Positions 37,554 through 51,627 of a stretch of 64,000 bases of DNA are shown one piece after another. Under the pieces are notes generated by a model, which saw nothing but the letters and a program-made list of their open reading frames with translations, ran no database searches and was not told where the DNA came from. The first letter of the stretch is position 1; each line of letters begins with the position of its first letter. A program made the translations under genes and the position numbers. Origin of the DNA: Azolla caroliniana (Eukaryota; Plantae; Polypodiophyta); NCBI GenBank assembly GCA_043228905.1, contig JBHGNT010000007.1, positions 2,418,001-2,482,000 of the forward strand. Reading direction: 5' to 3'.

Positions 37554-38872
37554 TTCCTTCCCGTCCAAAACCATAACGGTTTTGCCTCATGACCTTAATG
37601 GTGGATCTTTGCGACAACGTGGTTATCATTTTACTATTGACTTTATTTTATTGATAGTAATTTTTAACATTTAAGTCCAAATGAGGCATTAGTTGAAAGG
37701 TCTTATCTAAACTATTGCATGAGCGATGTGAATTAGGGTAGACATTCTAGCAGCTCGAGGACAATTGACATCTATCCCTGTCTGAATCATTGCCATTAAG
37801 GTATACAATGGTCTAAACTCATTAAGACAAAATTTCAACAAGAGAAGAGAACCTCTTGTGGAAAATATAGACACGCCCTTGGCGTTAGACACCTTGAGGC
37901 GACATGAAAGGAAGTTTAACGGGAAAGTCCATGCATAAATACATTAACCATAATATGTTATGAGAGGCAAAAACATGAACAACAAATGTCAAAATATAGA
38001 TATATGATCATATATCCTTTAAACATATACGAGGGAAAACATCTCTTATATAGATATATCTTTTAAACATATATGAGGGTACATAAACACCTCTTTCAGA
38101 GGTGAGAAATTAGGGTCGTCGCCTCCCCTTGCATCTTGTTCTTGGCTTGCAAATTAGGGTTTCAGTTGAAAACCCTATTTTTTATCAAAACCCTGATTTC
38201 AACCATATTTCCTCTTCACAACTTGCATCCCTTGCCTCCCCATGCATCCTCTCTGCAACGCCTACATCTTGTTCTTGACCTACAAACTAAGGGTTTTATT
38301 GAAACCCTAACTAATTAACTATTAGCGAATTAATTATTTTATAGTGAATTAAATAAATTTATATGTAAAAATATTCTTGGGGCCATTTCTTATTCTCAAA
38401 TATTGTGATATATCATGAATATGTATGTGCCTATCTATGGTTGCAACATGTCAAGATGGCACATTCAAAGTTCACAAGCTAAGTTTGATCTCATATAATC
38501 TTTTACTCGACCTTTCATATGCCTACCTTGAGACATCTTGGTAGGTGACACTTGTCTCATAGTTAAGAACCTTGATGGTTGTTCCACCCATGCATATGTA
38601 GGAGGGAGAGATCAAGAGTGATAGAGGTATTAATTGTTTCATATGACAATATATGTTTTAAGTCATTTGATGATCAACTTTGAGAGAATTCTACAAGGCC
38701 ACATTAAATCTTACATAGGTGATGGAATGATGGAGAGCATCCAACGAGGATCTCTGAAGTGGGAAGTCATCATTGAATGAATGACAATGGAAGCAATTGA
38801 TATTAATGTAGATTATATGTGTGATGTTGATGTGGTTGTGGATAATGATACAAGTGTTGTGTAAGATGTGAT

Positions 38873-39722
38873 TCACAACTAGATTGGGTCACCACATTCT
38901 AGCTGCTCAAGCCGCCCGAGAACCGGCTGCTGCAAAGGTCTGACACACATTTCAAGTTCCCTCCGCAATAATCACCAAGTTTTGGCTAAAAATCTGGAAG
39001 CAACAACACACGAGGCGAATTACCACTTTCCAATGGCTGTTAATACATAAGTCCCTACCGGTGGGAGCATGACAACGTGGGAACCTTAGCTCTCTTAATC
39101 GTGCAGAGTGCCCACATGTAGTAGAATCCATACGACACACTTTGTGGGACTGCCCAACGTCCCATAGAATATGGCGGGGGTTTGGCCACTTGTTGCAATT
39201 ATGCCAGGTGCAAGGTTCAATCAAGTGGGGAAATATATGTTGGCTATCGTGGCAGGCTGCAATTGGCCGATACGAGCATCAGGAGGAGGGGATGACTTTG
39301 GTGATAAAAGCACAAGAGGTCCTTTTCTCCTCCAACGGCAATGTCCACTCTATTCCTCTTAATGACAAATCTCAAGAGGTGTTGGAATTGGTCAGCCCAA
39401 TAACCCTTTGGATTCTATGGAAACAAAGATGTAGGCGAGTCTTCTCAAACCAAACCGCCCATCCAACAAGGTTACTGCAAGAGATATGGAGTGAAATTGT
39501 AGCCACTCTAAAGAGCCAATATGATGGCCTTAAAGGTGGCTCCGAGGGAGTTGAAAGAAAACGCATAGCCTTCATCCAACAATGGTCGTCTTCTCCCTTT
39601 CTTGAGTCAGTGGGCTTCCACATTAGATGGAACTATCGCGTCCCTTTAGGGATTTGTACATAATCGTCTCATTTGTAAAATTTTATAACAAATGGAATGA
39701 GTTTTTTTTTGGAAAAAAAAAA
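38873..39722 (+). mobile_element. 5'-truncated LINE copy (zf-RVT, C-terminal domain, poly-A)
   Basis: Contains FWLKIWK..TTFQWLLIHKSLP, C..CPHVVESIRHTLWDC and LWILWKQRCRRVF, and ends in a poly-A run at 39713-39722. Same family as 44280-46096. Confidence 0.88.
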
Positions 39723-41989
39723 GAATGTGGATGGTGTGAGTTATGTGCATGATGATGCGATTGATGTTGATTTGAATAGTGATGTGATTAGTGATATGGA
39801 TGATGATGTTCATATTCATGTTGATATTAATAACTATTTGAGTGATAACGTCCAAAAGAAAAATAAGTGTGACATTGAAAAGAAAAACAAGGGTAAATTT
39901 GTTAGAAAAGAAAGATAGGGGTGTAGTTGTAAAAGATGAAGTCTTGAAGATGATGGAAAGTTAATGCAGAAATACATTGAACTTAGTCTATAATCTAAGC
40001 CAAAAGCATGAACATCAAATTGCATCATGTAGACATATCCATGAAACATGTACGAGGATATGTAAATACTAAACACCTCTTATGAAAAACTCATAAACAA
40101 TCCACTCACTAGTGACATATTTATTAGTTACTCATCTTGTTTTTTTTAGTGTCAATTCTTAGCCATACTTCCCCAATGAGGACATTTTGAGGTGATTGGT
40201 TTGAATTCTCACGAGTAATTTTTATCTTAAATAATATTTTCCTTAACATTTCTTACACGTTCCTCTACACTATTTTGTAGGTCACAATCGTCTCCTAGAT
40301 CATAACCCCATTGGTTCCACCCATGGAAAGGTATCCACACGACACAACCAACATTAGTGCTAGAGAAATTACATTTGTCATACATAGACGCATAACATTA
40401 TAAAGTGTTCATCCAAAACAAACCATAAAAATATATGTCAATGTCTCATATTTGATATGGTTTATACTTCAACTATATAATGATTATAATGATTATATTT
40501 GTTTGTATCTATGGTAGTAATTAAAAAGAGTGAATCTCAAGATCTAGAGATAAGTAGTACATCAGAAAATATCTGCAATATGTATCAAACATTTAATTAT
40601 ATCATGATTTCAAAGTTGTCCTCGATACTACTAAATTAAACTATTATCTAGTATAAAAAGAAAACTATCTATACTGTAAGTAATTAAAATAGTTTCCATT
40701 AACGTCGATTCCATTTTTGTTGATTTGCTATCACTATAGAGAGTTGTATGACATCTTGAATAGTAAATTTCTAGAGTCACTTCCAAATATTATTAACATT
40801 GAAGAACATATTGGTTCTCAAATCAACTATTGAAACTTCCTATTTGTCACTTTTTAGTGATAAATTTGCTATAGATGTATTTCACACTGGGCTTTTCATG
40901 AGAAAAGATACTTAACAATAATAGATTCACCATTGTTGTTATTGAAGCCCTTTCTCAATTGACATTGCCTACATGTGAGTCTAATGCATAAAGTTGATAA
41001 AGTGCATACCCTTGAAGCTTGTAACATGTGACATGCTCCAATGATTTCTTTATGTCAAAGATATATAAAAAGATTGATAATTTTTTCATGCAATCGTTTA
41101 CTACAAAGTATTATGGTAAAGATTTAGACAAATTAGAGAGTGTTTTCAAGTGTTATGCATTCATTTGGGAAGGATTCATGGTACATTAAATGATCTAGAA
41201 GATAGCAATTGGGAAACACAACCTTTTATTGTGAGAATAAGATTTTGTATTCAGATTGAACATGCATATTTTAGATATATAATACGTTGTTTTTAACAAC
41301 AATTGCATTTGAAAGAGTGAGGAGGTCTGGATAAGTACTACCTTTCTCGAATATTGTTTGCCGTTTTATTAGTAAATTTTACATTTGTTTTATCATAGCA
41401 AGTTATGAAAAAAAATTGCATGGCATTTTCCAAAACATTATGACGGAAATGTATTATATTTGTGCTTTTAGACAATTAACAAAATGATTAGAATGTTAAT
41501 GAATTCTTAGGTTAGAGATTTGCCATTCCAATAAGATTGACATATTTTAAAAATATGCATCCCACGAAACTATAGGTTGTACATAAAATCCTAATGTTGG
41601 CCGATGTCATTTAGGAAAACCCTAACATATGCAAATAGTAAAATTTGGCTTGTTACTAGGAGACAAACACACCCATTCTTCATGTACAAATGTCACATCT
41701 TTCCATCTTTAAAGCTCACAATTTTTTCTAAGATAAGACTCAACGTTGTGCATGTATATGATCAACCTTTCCAATAATAAACTCATAGAGTGAGTTATCA
41801 TGATCTGCAACGTAAGCCTTTGCATGCATATGATTGGGAAATTATTATAAATTGGTCAATATGATCAATAGAAGTACTTTCTTTTGTTAGCGTTGCCTTA
41901 AAGAAATAGTGTTATTTATGACCCTTGGGTTTGGAAGGTGATTTGAAAGCCACGATTGTTGCAAGAAAGAATTGGTGTGCATGATATGA

Positions 41990-42477
41990 CACCAAAAACT
42001 ATTTAGTTTCTTTAGTAAGGAATATGTACGTAATAGATTGAGATTTCAAGTACAAGAAATTTCCATTGTGTAATCAATAATCATTTATATTCAATGATCT
42101 ATGTTATTCATCTTATTCTCATCATGAGTGATAGGAGAGCATGTGATTCTCCCAAAAGAATCATGAATGGATACTTGTTATAAGGAAAATCGCAAATATA
42201 TAATTCATCAATTTGGATTGTACATGTGCTTTCCACCAAAAACTATTTAGTTTCTTTAGTAAGGAATATGTACGTAATAGATTGAGATTTCAAGTACAAG
42301 AAATTTCCATTGTGTAATCAATAATCATTTATATTCAATGATCTATGTTATTCATCTTATTCTCATCATGAGTGATAGGAGAGCATGTGATTCTCCCAAA
42401 AGAATCATGAATGGATACTTGTTATAAGGAAAATCGCAAATATATAACTCATCAATATGGATTGTACATGTGCTTTC
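41990..42477. repeat. Near-perfect tandem duplication, 244 bp x2
   Basis: 41990-42233 and 42234-42477 are identical except for two substitutions near the unit end (TAATTC/TAACTC, AATTTGG/AATATGG). Confidence 0.95.
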
Positions 42478-44279
42478 ACTTGACTTCCTCTTGCACCTAA
42501 TGAACCCAATGGTATTAATCTATTATTGTTAGTGGACGGATCAACACACTATACATATTGAGCTTGTTCTTAACACCTCTATCTACCATGGACATACATA
42601 TATATAAATAACCGAAGTATATTTTTGAAATGTGATAACCATTATGTGATCACAAAAACGTTTATAGGAACTTGAGCCCATGACATCCATTGTATCCGTT
42701 TACTAGAATAAGTTATGGACATAGCTTTAGGTTCAAATGGGATGCTAAGTTATCATAAATAAATAAATGAGGAAAGTTTTTTTTTTCTTTCTTTTTTTCG
42801 AATAATTATTACCTTGGTATTAATGGAAAAATGCCAAAGGCTACAAATAACTCATACAGTAAAATATAACCCTCATACCCACATCAACCAACAGGTCGAT
42901 TAGTAAAAGCCCTCGTGCATGGTCCTTCCAAGACGAGGGGCGGAAAAAGATAATTATCCTAAGATTTCATGGTTTAGCTTTGGGTTTGAATGAGAAGGCT
43001 AATTTATCATAAATAAACAAATAAGAAAGGATAATTATCCTAGGCTTTGAGACAACCGAGCATGATTAGTAACGTGTAGGCACCTATGTGGCAGTCAAGG
43101 GGCCTTTGGTTTAAGATATTAATATGGGAGTAGCTACCTCATATTGTCATCTCCATGTTGAACTATGAGACTTCATTGGTTTCAAGAAGCTCGTGTCAAG
43201 GCAAGCACCTATCATCTAATCTAAGCCAAGGTACATCTCTAGACCATATGTGGTGGTATGGGATGTCGTTGGGTTTAAGGTTTGTGATCACAATAAATAA
43301 TCTATGTTATAGACTTAATATTATGAGATATTGCCATCTCGTACAAGCCAATGTACTATCACCAAGTGACATGCTTACATTAATGTCATGTGGTTATTAT
43401 ACATAAATGTGAGGTGAATAGTGTGCATGTCGTGTTCAACCATGCTATATAAGCAAGTTTTCTAGTTATTGATGATCATTCTAATACGATGTCATCCTTC
43501 AACATATTCTTGTAATCTTGTTCTTCTTCTTAATAGAATTATATTATTCTCTTATTTCTCACATATTTTCATATTCTTTTCATCAATTCTATCTTGTTCC
43601 CACTTACGACTATCATTTTCAATTGGAATAAATTATTTTTCCTTTAGGAGTTTTCCAAAATCTATTGTTGTAATGGAGTTCACATTCAACCAACAAGAGT
43701 ATTTGTGGATTATCTCTAAACTTGATTGTTTAGTAAAAAGGATTAAATAAACCTAAACTCAACCTCAATGGAACATAAAATGGATACTCAACACCCTCCA
43801 TGAACCCCTTAATTGAGAACATATCCCTTAATTGTGTAGCCCTCATTTCTTTTATAGTTTATTTAAGTTGGTGTTTTTCTCTCTTCCCCTTTCCTAAAAT
43901 AGGATTTTCTTTATTTTTATGAAAACACCTTCCTTAATGTGTGTAGCCCTCATTTATTGTCATATTTATTTTCACCTAAAATCTTTGCCTATTATAAAAT
44001 TTAACTTTTGCTCATTTACTCACTTTCCATGCACAACATCACAACAACAGAGAATCTCACTAACACCATAGAAGTTTGTAACAAAATTTCGTCATCGATA
44101 TCCCGATAAACCAAGCCCGGTTCATGCATTGCAACTAATGGAGCTTGTCATCAAAGGAAGTGGATAATGTCACAAACATTTATACCCAAGTATATGTATA
44201 TAGTTAGTATATAAAATATGGTCATTCGTGAACCCCTATAGTCCATTATATACATATATAGAAGCTTTAACTTTTTGTC

Positions 44280-46096
44280 TTTTCTTTTTTCCTAAATAAA
44301 ACTCCTTCCATTAGTTATAAAATTTTACAGATGAGATTATTATATACAAATCACTCTAGGGACGCGATAGGTCCATCTTATGTGGATGCCCATTGACTCA
44401 AGAAAGGGAGAGGATGACCACTGTTGGATGAAGGCTAGTCGTTGTCTTTCAACTACATTGGAGCCGCCCTTGAGGCCATCATATTGGCACTGTAGAGTAG
44501 TTACAACTTCACTCCATATCTCTTGGATTAACATTATTGGTTGCGCGGTTTGGTTGGAGAAGACCCTTCCTTCTACACCGTTGTTTCCATAGAATCCAAA
44601 GTGTTATTGAGTTGACCAATTCCAACACAACTTCAGATTTGGCATTAATAGGAGTTGAGTGGACATTGTTGATGGTGGAGAAAAAAACCTCTTGTGCTTT
44701 TATCACCAAAGTCATCCCCTCCTCCTGATCTCTGTCAATTGGGGCCTGCCATGATAGCCAACATACATTTCCCCACTTGATTGAGCCTTGCACCTAGCAT
44801 AATTACAATAAGCGCCCACCTCCTCGCCATATTCGATGGGACTTTGGGTAGTCCCATAGAGCGTGTCGTATTGATTCTACTGCATTTGGGCACACTACAC
44901 AATTAGGAGAGTTAAGGTTCCCACGCTGCCATGCACCAACCGGTAGTGACTTATGTATTAATAGCCATTGGAAAGTGGTGATTCGCCTCACATGTTGTTG
45001 TTTCTAGATTTTCTACCAAAACTTGGTGATAATTGTGTGAGGAACATGATATGTGTGCCAAACCTTTGCAACAACCAACTCTTGGGCGGTTTGAGCAGCT
45101 AGAATATGGCGACCCAATCTAGTTGTGACTTGAAAGAAAGGGATGGGTTTGCTTCTTTTCCCCGCATAAGGATCACGCCATGTCCATTGCAAAGGGTCCC
45201 ATCTAACCTTACGCAACCATGTGTTTTCATGAGTACATATGTGTCAATCTGGTTGTACTTTGATTGGATCAAGATCTACAATCCATTTATGCCCAATACG
45301 CTAGTGCTCGAATTGCCTTATTTTGTGTTGGTGTCTCATTGTCTCGCAATTCAAAGCCTTCAATCATGTGTGGTGTTTCCCTACCTCTTGGGATCATAGA
45401 GCCCTCCTCCTCGTAGCCTATCCATTTCTCCATTGTCGTCCTTTGATTAGCAGCTTCCCTAATCAGTAGAGTGTTAATGATTTCAAATCTCATAGCCCAC
45501 CCACCCCTGATTCCATTGAGTATGTTGGCTTGGTCTTGTATTGGCAATGACATAAACTGTCTCCAACATTCTATACTTTTTCCTGGACTTTCCGCAATGT
45601 ATCCCCATGACAACCCCTTGATCCAATTAGTTGATTAGATTCATCCCTGATACACGGGTTCCATAGGATACGTTGATTGAGCCAGGATGTTCAGAATTAG
45701 GTTGATCGCGCTTGAGCCCTCGTCTAATGTCACACCACGCCTTCCACATGGATGCACTGAATCTTTCCTCCAATTGGCGGGAGAAATTAGGTTTGAGATC
45801 CATGTTTAGAATCCATCCAGTTTAGGGGGCCCAATTGGCCCCTTTTTGCAGCCTAAAGCAAGCGAAGCGTAACCACAATAGCACTTTTCAGCAATCATTC
45901 CTTGGTTGGAGTCCTCACACCACAAATTTGGCGAGTAGAGCTTTTGATTGTGAGAGCGGATCAATAAGACCCAATACTCCTCTCGACTTAGGTGATGTGA
46001 GTATAGGCCACACCACCTTGGCCCGTGTTGCATGATCTTCCTTACTAGACCAAATGTAGTTGTGTACCAGTCGCTGAATCTGGTGTATACTTTCAC
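44280..46096 (-). mobile_element. 5'-truncated, decayed LINE (~1.8 kb), same family as 38873-39722
   Basis: Minus-strand fragments include TTFQWLLIHKSLPVG..CVVCPNAVESIRHALWD, LWILWKQRCRR and EIWSEVVTTLQCQYDGLKGG. A poly-T run on the plus strand at ~44272-44290 marks the tail. The 5' boundary is approximate. Confidence 0.88.
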
Positions 46097-46701
46097 TTTA
46101 AATTATGTAGTGACAATTAGTGTAGTGCAAATGTAGTAGAATCAATACGACATAATTTATGATATATCCATAATAATACAAGATTTTGCCACATGGCACA
46201 AGCTAATGGATTATTGCTAAGTGGAGATCATCCTCACAAACATGTGTCCAACCATGTTATGTAACAAAATTCTTTAGTTATTAATGAATAATTCCGGTTC
46301 AACCTTGTCATTGGTTTATTCTTGTAATCCTTCTTGTTCTTCATAGTATAATTACATTCTTCTCTAATTTCTCTCTTTTTTTGTATTCTTTTCTTCATTT
46401 CTATATTATAACCATCAAGCTCAACTATGAGGTAGTCTATGCTTGATTGCAACTTACTCTTTCATCTTCAAATCATTGGACTAGATCCCTCGTATCTAGC
46501 TCGAGTTCGATCCTTTATCTTTTATTTCCTTTATTTCTACTAGGCTAGAAGCTTAGCGAGTAAAGCAAGTAGAGACCAAGTGCAAGCGAGAATTTCTACA
46601 ACTTGTTCTTACCAAGTGTCGTACAAAATATGTTTGTCATCTATAGGTCAATGTGAGCATGTTTGAGATCAATGTCTTCAGCTAATGTAATCATTGTTTA
46701 T

Positions 46702-47288
46702 TGTTGGGAAATAGGTTTCTCCAGACGGGAAGAAGAGAACGAACTGAATTGGGTGGAGTAAGTGGGTAATTAGGCCGAGCCTGAAAACCGAAAACCAATT
46801 ATATAACTGATTCGGGAGACTATATTTGTAAATAGTCTAAATGTGCCCCATGTGGGCTATATCTGTAAATAGCCAAAAAGTTGTATAAGTATAAATACAA
46901 CTAGGGAAAACTTTATGAGAGTGTGAATCATTTTGTAGTTGATCATAGTTGTATAATTACTGAAGAGGTAGTTGCCTCTATAACTGAGAGAGAGAGAGAG
47001 AGAGAGTGAGAGTTAGTGAATGACTACTTTGTAACTGCCTGTTTGTTAGATGAAGAAGATCTCGAGGTCGTTGCCTCAGAGTTTCTTATTGTAATTTCCT
47101 TTCAACATAGTGATTCAGTTTGGAGTTTGTGAACTCCACGTGGTTTTTCCCATTTGGGTTTTCCACGTTAAATAACTTTGTATCTTTTCGTTTCCGTTTT
47201 TCGTTTTCTGTCTGTGCATTATCTTGCTCGTTTCTTTGCACCGAATATCTATACGAGAAACCGGTTGTGGTTGGTTACAATCCTAACA
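46702..47288 (+). mobile_element. Solo LTR (587 bp), copia-like
   Basis: TGTTGGGA...TCCTAACA termini with TTTAT/TTTAC flanks (4/5 TSD). Internal TATAAATA, a (GA)n run, and the GTGGTTTTTCCC..GGGTTTTCCACGT hairpin common in plant copia LTRs. Confidence 0.82.
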
Positions 47289-48167
47289 TTTACATGGTTT
47301 TCATCTTCGCCACCCAAATGAATGTCTTTTTGTAGTTGATGTCATGTGAATGCTCGTGTCCTTTTGCTACAAGGCAAGGCTTGTATCAATTGTTGTTGCC
47401 ATCATAGTTGCTCTTGACCTTGTACACCCATCAACATCTAATAACTTTATTGTGTTGGAAGAGTGAGACCATGGTTATACGTCTCGTTTTCATAGAGGTC
47501 TCACATCTCCCCTCATTACTTCAACCCATTTCGGGTCTTGTACCACTTCCGAGGAAATTTCTAATTTTAGAACGATCGAGAAGAACAAGAACCCCATCTC
47601 CATTAGCAAATAAGAGTTATCATTCAGAAGCATCAAAGGCTATAGTTGAGATCAAGAATGGTAGTTTAATGTGATGAGGGTTTGTAAGGCTTTGTCCCAA
47701 TATTTCCTTCTTGGTTTTTATTCTTATTGCTAAAGTTTTGTATTGAACCAGTGAACAAGTTACATTTAAAACTTCATCATTTTGGTCTCATTGGTCACCT
47801 TAGTCTCATTGGTAGAGAGGAATATCCATTTTCTTCTCATTCTTCTTTTTTCTTTTTTTTTGTAAATGCACACAATTATATTAATTGTATGTAAAATCCA
47901 CTTAGTTACATCACTTCTTAGTCTCCTCTACCTATCATATGCCTATGTAGGGAGATAGACGTCCTATAATGTCATTAAAAAACTCGAATATGCATTTGAG
48001 GAAATGATCCCCACATGTTCTAACATCCAAAAATTCCACATGAGTATACCTTTCATTTTCTTTATTTAGGTTTTTACCCCATGTCTATTATCAAACACGA
48101 AAGCATTACACATTTTCCAATTGTGTTGTAGTCCCCAATAACATAAAAACTAGAACAATATCTTTTC

Positions 48168-48199
<32 letters not shown>

Positions 48200-48202
<3 letters not shown>

Positions 48203-49319
48203 AAATAATGACTTTCATTACGAAAGAAAAAAACACCACCATGACTAACTTACTACAATGTATAGAACCCCTTCTATCAATGGGATCTAAAGACTACACA
48301 CCAATTCAAATAGCGAATATGATGATATGTGACCTTGCAGAGTTCTCTCTCTTCATGGTTGAGATTTTGTGACTTCTCTAGCACTGTCAATTGCCACAAA
48401 AGAAGTCCTTTTAACTTTAGAACATATTTTCTCACCCCAACTTGCGAATCAAAAGTAGTCCAATTGAACCATAGTCCATAATACCTCAAGAACTCAAAAA
48501 TAATTTGAAAATGAGGCATTGGTTCATTTTTCTCCATATGTGCAAAAACCCAACTGAAGGAAGACAAGCTTACTCCAGTTAGAGATATCCACCATAAATT
48601 GATACACCTCCAGACCATCCTTGCCATCGGGCATGAAATAAATCGATGCTTATGATGTTCCAATTCCACCGAACAAAAGAAACACAATCCTTGAGTAATG
48701 TTTCTTTTTTTTTAATGCATCCCCCAATGGTAAAGCTCCAACCATAACTCTCCAAAGAAATACCTTGGCTCCTAACATCAATCGAGAACACCAACCTGCC
48801 TCGATCACATGAAGCCACCAAGTAAAGGGCTTATGAAAACCCCATATCTTTATAATCCTTTCTTCCAACCACTTACATTTGTCAATCAACTTGTGATAAG
48901 CAACATTTGTTGAGATTATAGTCAATCTCTTATTTCCAACAAACCTCAAATCAAGCTCTTGAGATCGCCCATCTAAATCAGGAATTGGCTCATATGAAGA
49001 TAATATTTGTTGCAACTTATCCCAATATAAAGGTATAACCTTTTGGAATGCGAAATGTGATCTTACTGTTCAAAAGGCCATTAATCTTCTTTGTGACACC
49101 AACATAGCATCCTTAACTGTACCAAACCCAATCTAGCCATCCAATTAAATTGAAGGTTAAGAATTTGTTTACCTTTCCACCTCAACAACCTTGATGTCGC
49201 CAAAACCTCCATTTGTAATGAATTGACACATCCCCTTTCTTGTGGATGATGTCATTCAATATTGATGCTCCACCAAGACGCTTCGGAGTACAAACATGAT
49301 CCCATGCCAACCACGTTAA

Positions 49320-49321
<2 letters not shown>
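48200..49321 (-). mobile_element. Truncated, decayed LINE ORF2 3' part (zf-RVT), flanked by (TC)n on both sides
   Basis: Contains AKVFLWRVMVGALPLGDAL and CFFCSVELEHHKHRFISC (CCHC zinc knuckle of LINE ORF2). (TC)n runs lie at ~48166-48199 and 49322-49364. Confidence 0.82.
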
Positions 49322-49365
<44 letters not shown>

Positions 49366-49370
<5 letters not shown>

Positions 49371-49897
49371 AAGTTATTTGGATGCCTATTTGAGGATAAG
49401 TGCATGGGTGGATAATAATGGTAAGAGGGCTTATGGACAAATTAGTTTTTGAAGACACCGTAGAACCTTCGATCACCTAGTCACTCTTTATGTGCTAATA
49501 GAAGAATTTTATTTGAAAGGTAAAACACTATATTATTGATTTATAAAATTTTTAAAAGCTTTTTCATCATGGTTCCTTGTGAACATCTTTGGAGATGCAT
49601 GGACGTGATCAACGTACCAAGTGGATGTATGCTTTTAAAATTTTCAATCTACCGAGGAGGTGACATGTTATGTAATATGTACATATAGGGAAGATGGAAT
49701 TCCAACTTTTTTCATTAGCATCATTGATGTTAACAATCAATATTGACATCTACGGACTACTCTCACCAACTCTCTTTCATTTATGCATTGATGAATTTGA
49801 ACAAAAGATCCACGAGTTTGTAAAACAAGAAATCATTGAAAAAGTTGCAATTGGGAATCTAGTTATTGTGCTTTCATTATAAGCAAATGATGTTATA
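49366..49897 (+). mobile_element. Very degenerate non-LTR RT relic
   Basis: Remnant motifs MVPCEHLWRCM (~49569), LSPTLFHLCIDE (~49761) and L*ANDV (YADD equivalent, ~49877). Confidence 0.55.
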
Positions 49898-51591
49898 TTA
49901 AAAAATATAAGCATAATGGTGATTATGTACATCGTGATAAGGATAAGGTGATAATGATTGTGATGGTAATGATTAGGGGTTAACTGGCTTAGTTTATGAT
50001 TGTGATAAAAGTAAGAGGTTTTTTAATGATGGTGGTGATAGGCTCAGTGAACATTGTGATAGGTTTTGTAATAAGTTGGGTTTTGTGTAGATAATTGTGG
50101 TAGGCTGGGTGATGGAGATGATGATGCAATTCATATGGATAATGTGTTTTGTGTGTTTGATAAAGACATGGTGTCTTATGAATATGTGTTTATGATAATC
50201 AAAGTATGCAAAAGAAGGCTCAATTTAGTGACAATGATGTGGGTTATAGAGCATTGGCGTATGATGAGGTGTGTGTGGTTAGAAGTGATGATCGTGTCGA
50301 GGAAATTGATATTACATGGATGTATGTGGTGATAACACGACCTGGATGTTTGTCACAATGATATGGTTTACTAGAAGGATATGTTTGATTTTTGTCGTAA
50401 CAAAAGGTTGCCTTTTCAAATAATGATGAAGGGATGAAGGGTTTGATAATGATTGTTTTGTGATGTTTTTCATGATTAGTATGAGCATGATGGTGTTCTT
50501 GATCGGGTAATGGCAAAGGCCTTTTGTGAGGATGATGAAATTGTTGGTTTCTAAGTGATTAATGCTAATGGAGAATATAAAGATCGAATCAATGATACCA
50601 ATGATGAATATATATTTAATCGTGAAAATGTTGATCACAATTTTTTTTAGGGTGATGATGAGAGAGATTTAATAATAGAGATCATTATTTCCATGATGAT
50701 AAAATGTACGTTCAAAATTATGTTAATGATCCTGACATTTAAAAGAGGAGAAACTGAAGTCAAAATTATTGCAAGAGAAGAGTTTGGCAAAGGTTGATGT
50801 GATCTAAAGGCAAAGTTTGAATGTTCTAGATACATGAGCAATGAAGATCATAGGAGCCATCCATGATAAAGTAAGTGAGGATGCCTTGAGATGGTGGGAC
50901 ATGTAATTTGATATGACAAATGAATCATTACTAGTTAAATACACAAACCAACGGAAACAATGTTTTAGCCGCATACTAGAGGATGTGCGGGTTGGGTGGA
51001 ATTGGATATCATGGCACATGCTATGAAATACTTTTTTCACATTCCATATTTATATTAAACATGAATAAACACAAATTTTGGTATTTTGGCCCATATATTG
51101 TTTAAATGATAAATGTTTATGTCCTAATATATATAAATAAAGTTTTGGGAAAAGTCCATGTACAAAAACATCAAACCTAGGCAACAAGCTCAAGCAAATG
51201 CATCAACATCAAATAACATCACATAAATGTATTTGTTGAGATATCGAGCTCAACTAGGTTTAGTTATTTGGTCAATTATGTAACCTAGTAGTTACATAAA
51301 TAGAATCTAGTTAGTGTGTTGATTGACTTTAAACCCTTAAATACGACATTGTACTTAAGTAAGATACATTCTAGATCCTCCACTCCCAAGTACATTTAAT
51401 ATAAGACTTATATCCTTGTACCTATATTCTCCTCACATATGTGCATTGTGCACCCTTGCACATGAGATATATATATATATATACCTCATTGTGGGTATTT
51501 TTGAACTTGATGCTTATTAATATAGAGAAAGGTTATCTAGCTCCACTCTTATTAATTATCCCCCATTTTGTCTTATTGTTAATACGTGTAA

Positions 51592-51627
<36 letters not shown>

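Larger units (their letters stand above)
35766..37616 (+). mobile_element. Putative large solo LTR hosting the MITE and a minisatellite
   Basis: TGTGGTG...GCGACA termini and an internal TATAAAT at ~36722. Similar ~50-bp host sequence lies on both sides (35682-35732 and 37619-37670). The TSD is poor (GCGT/ACGT), so boundaries are tentative. Confidence 0.35.

Noticed and set aside
40200-42600. Possible decayed DNA-transposon coding region
   Set aside because: It is AT-rich with no ORF or motif I could assign confidently.
49900-50900. ORFs in ATG/GAT-rich sequence (also 38780-38870 and 39725-39850)
   Set aside because: This is low-complexity degenerate trinucleotide DNA with no protein motif.
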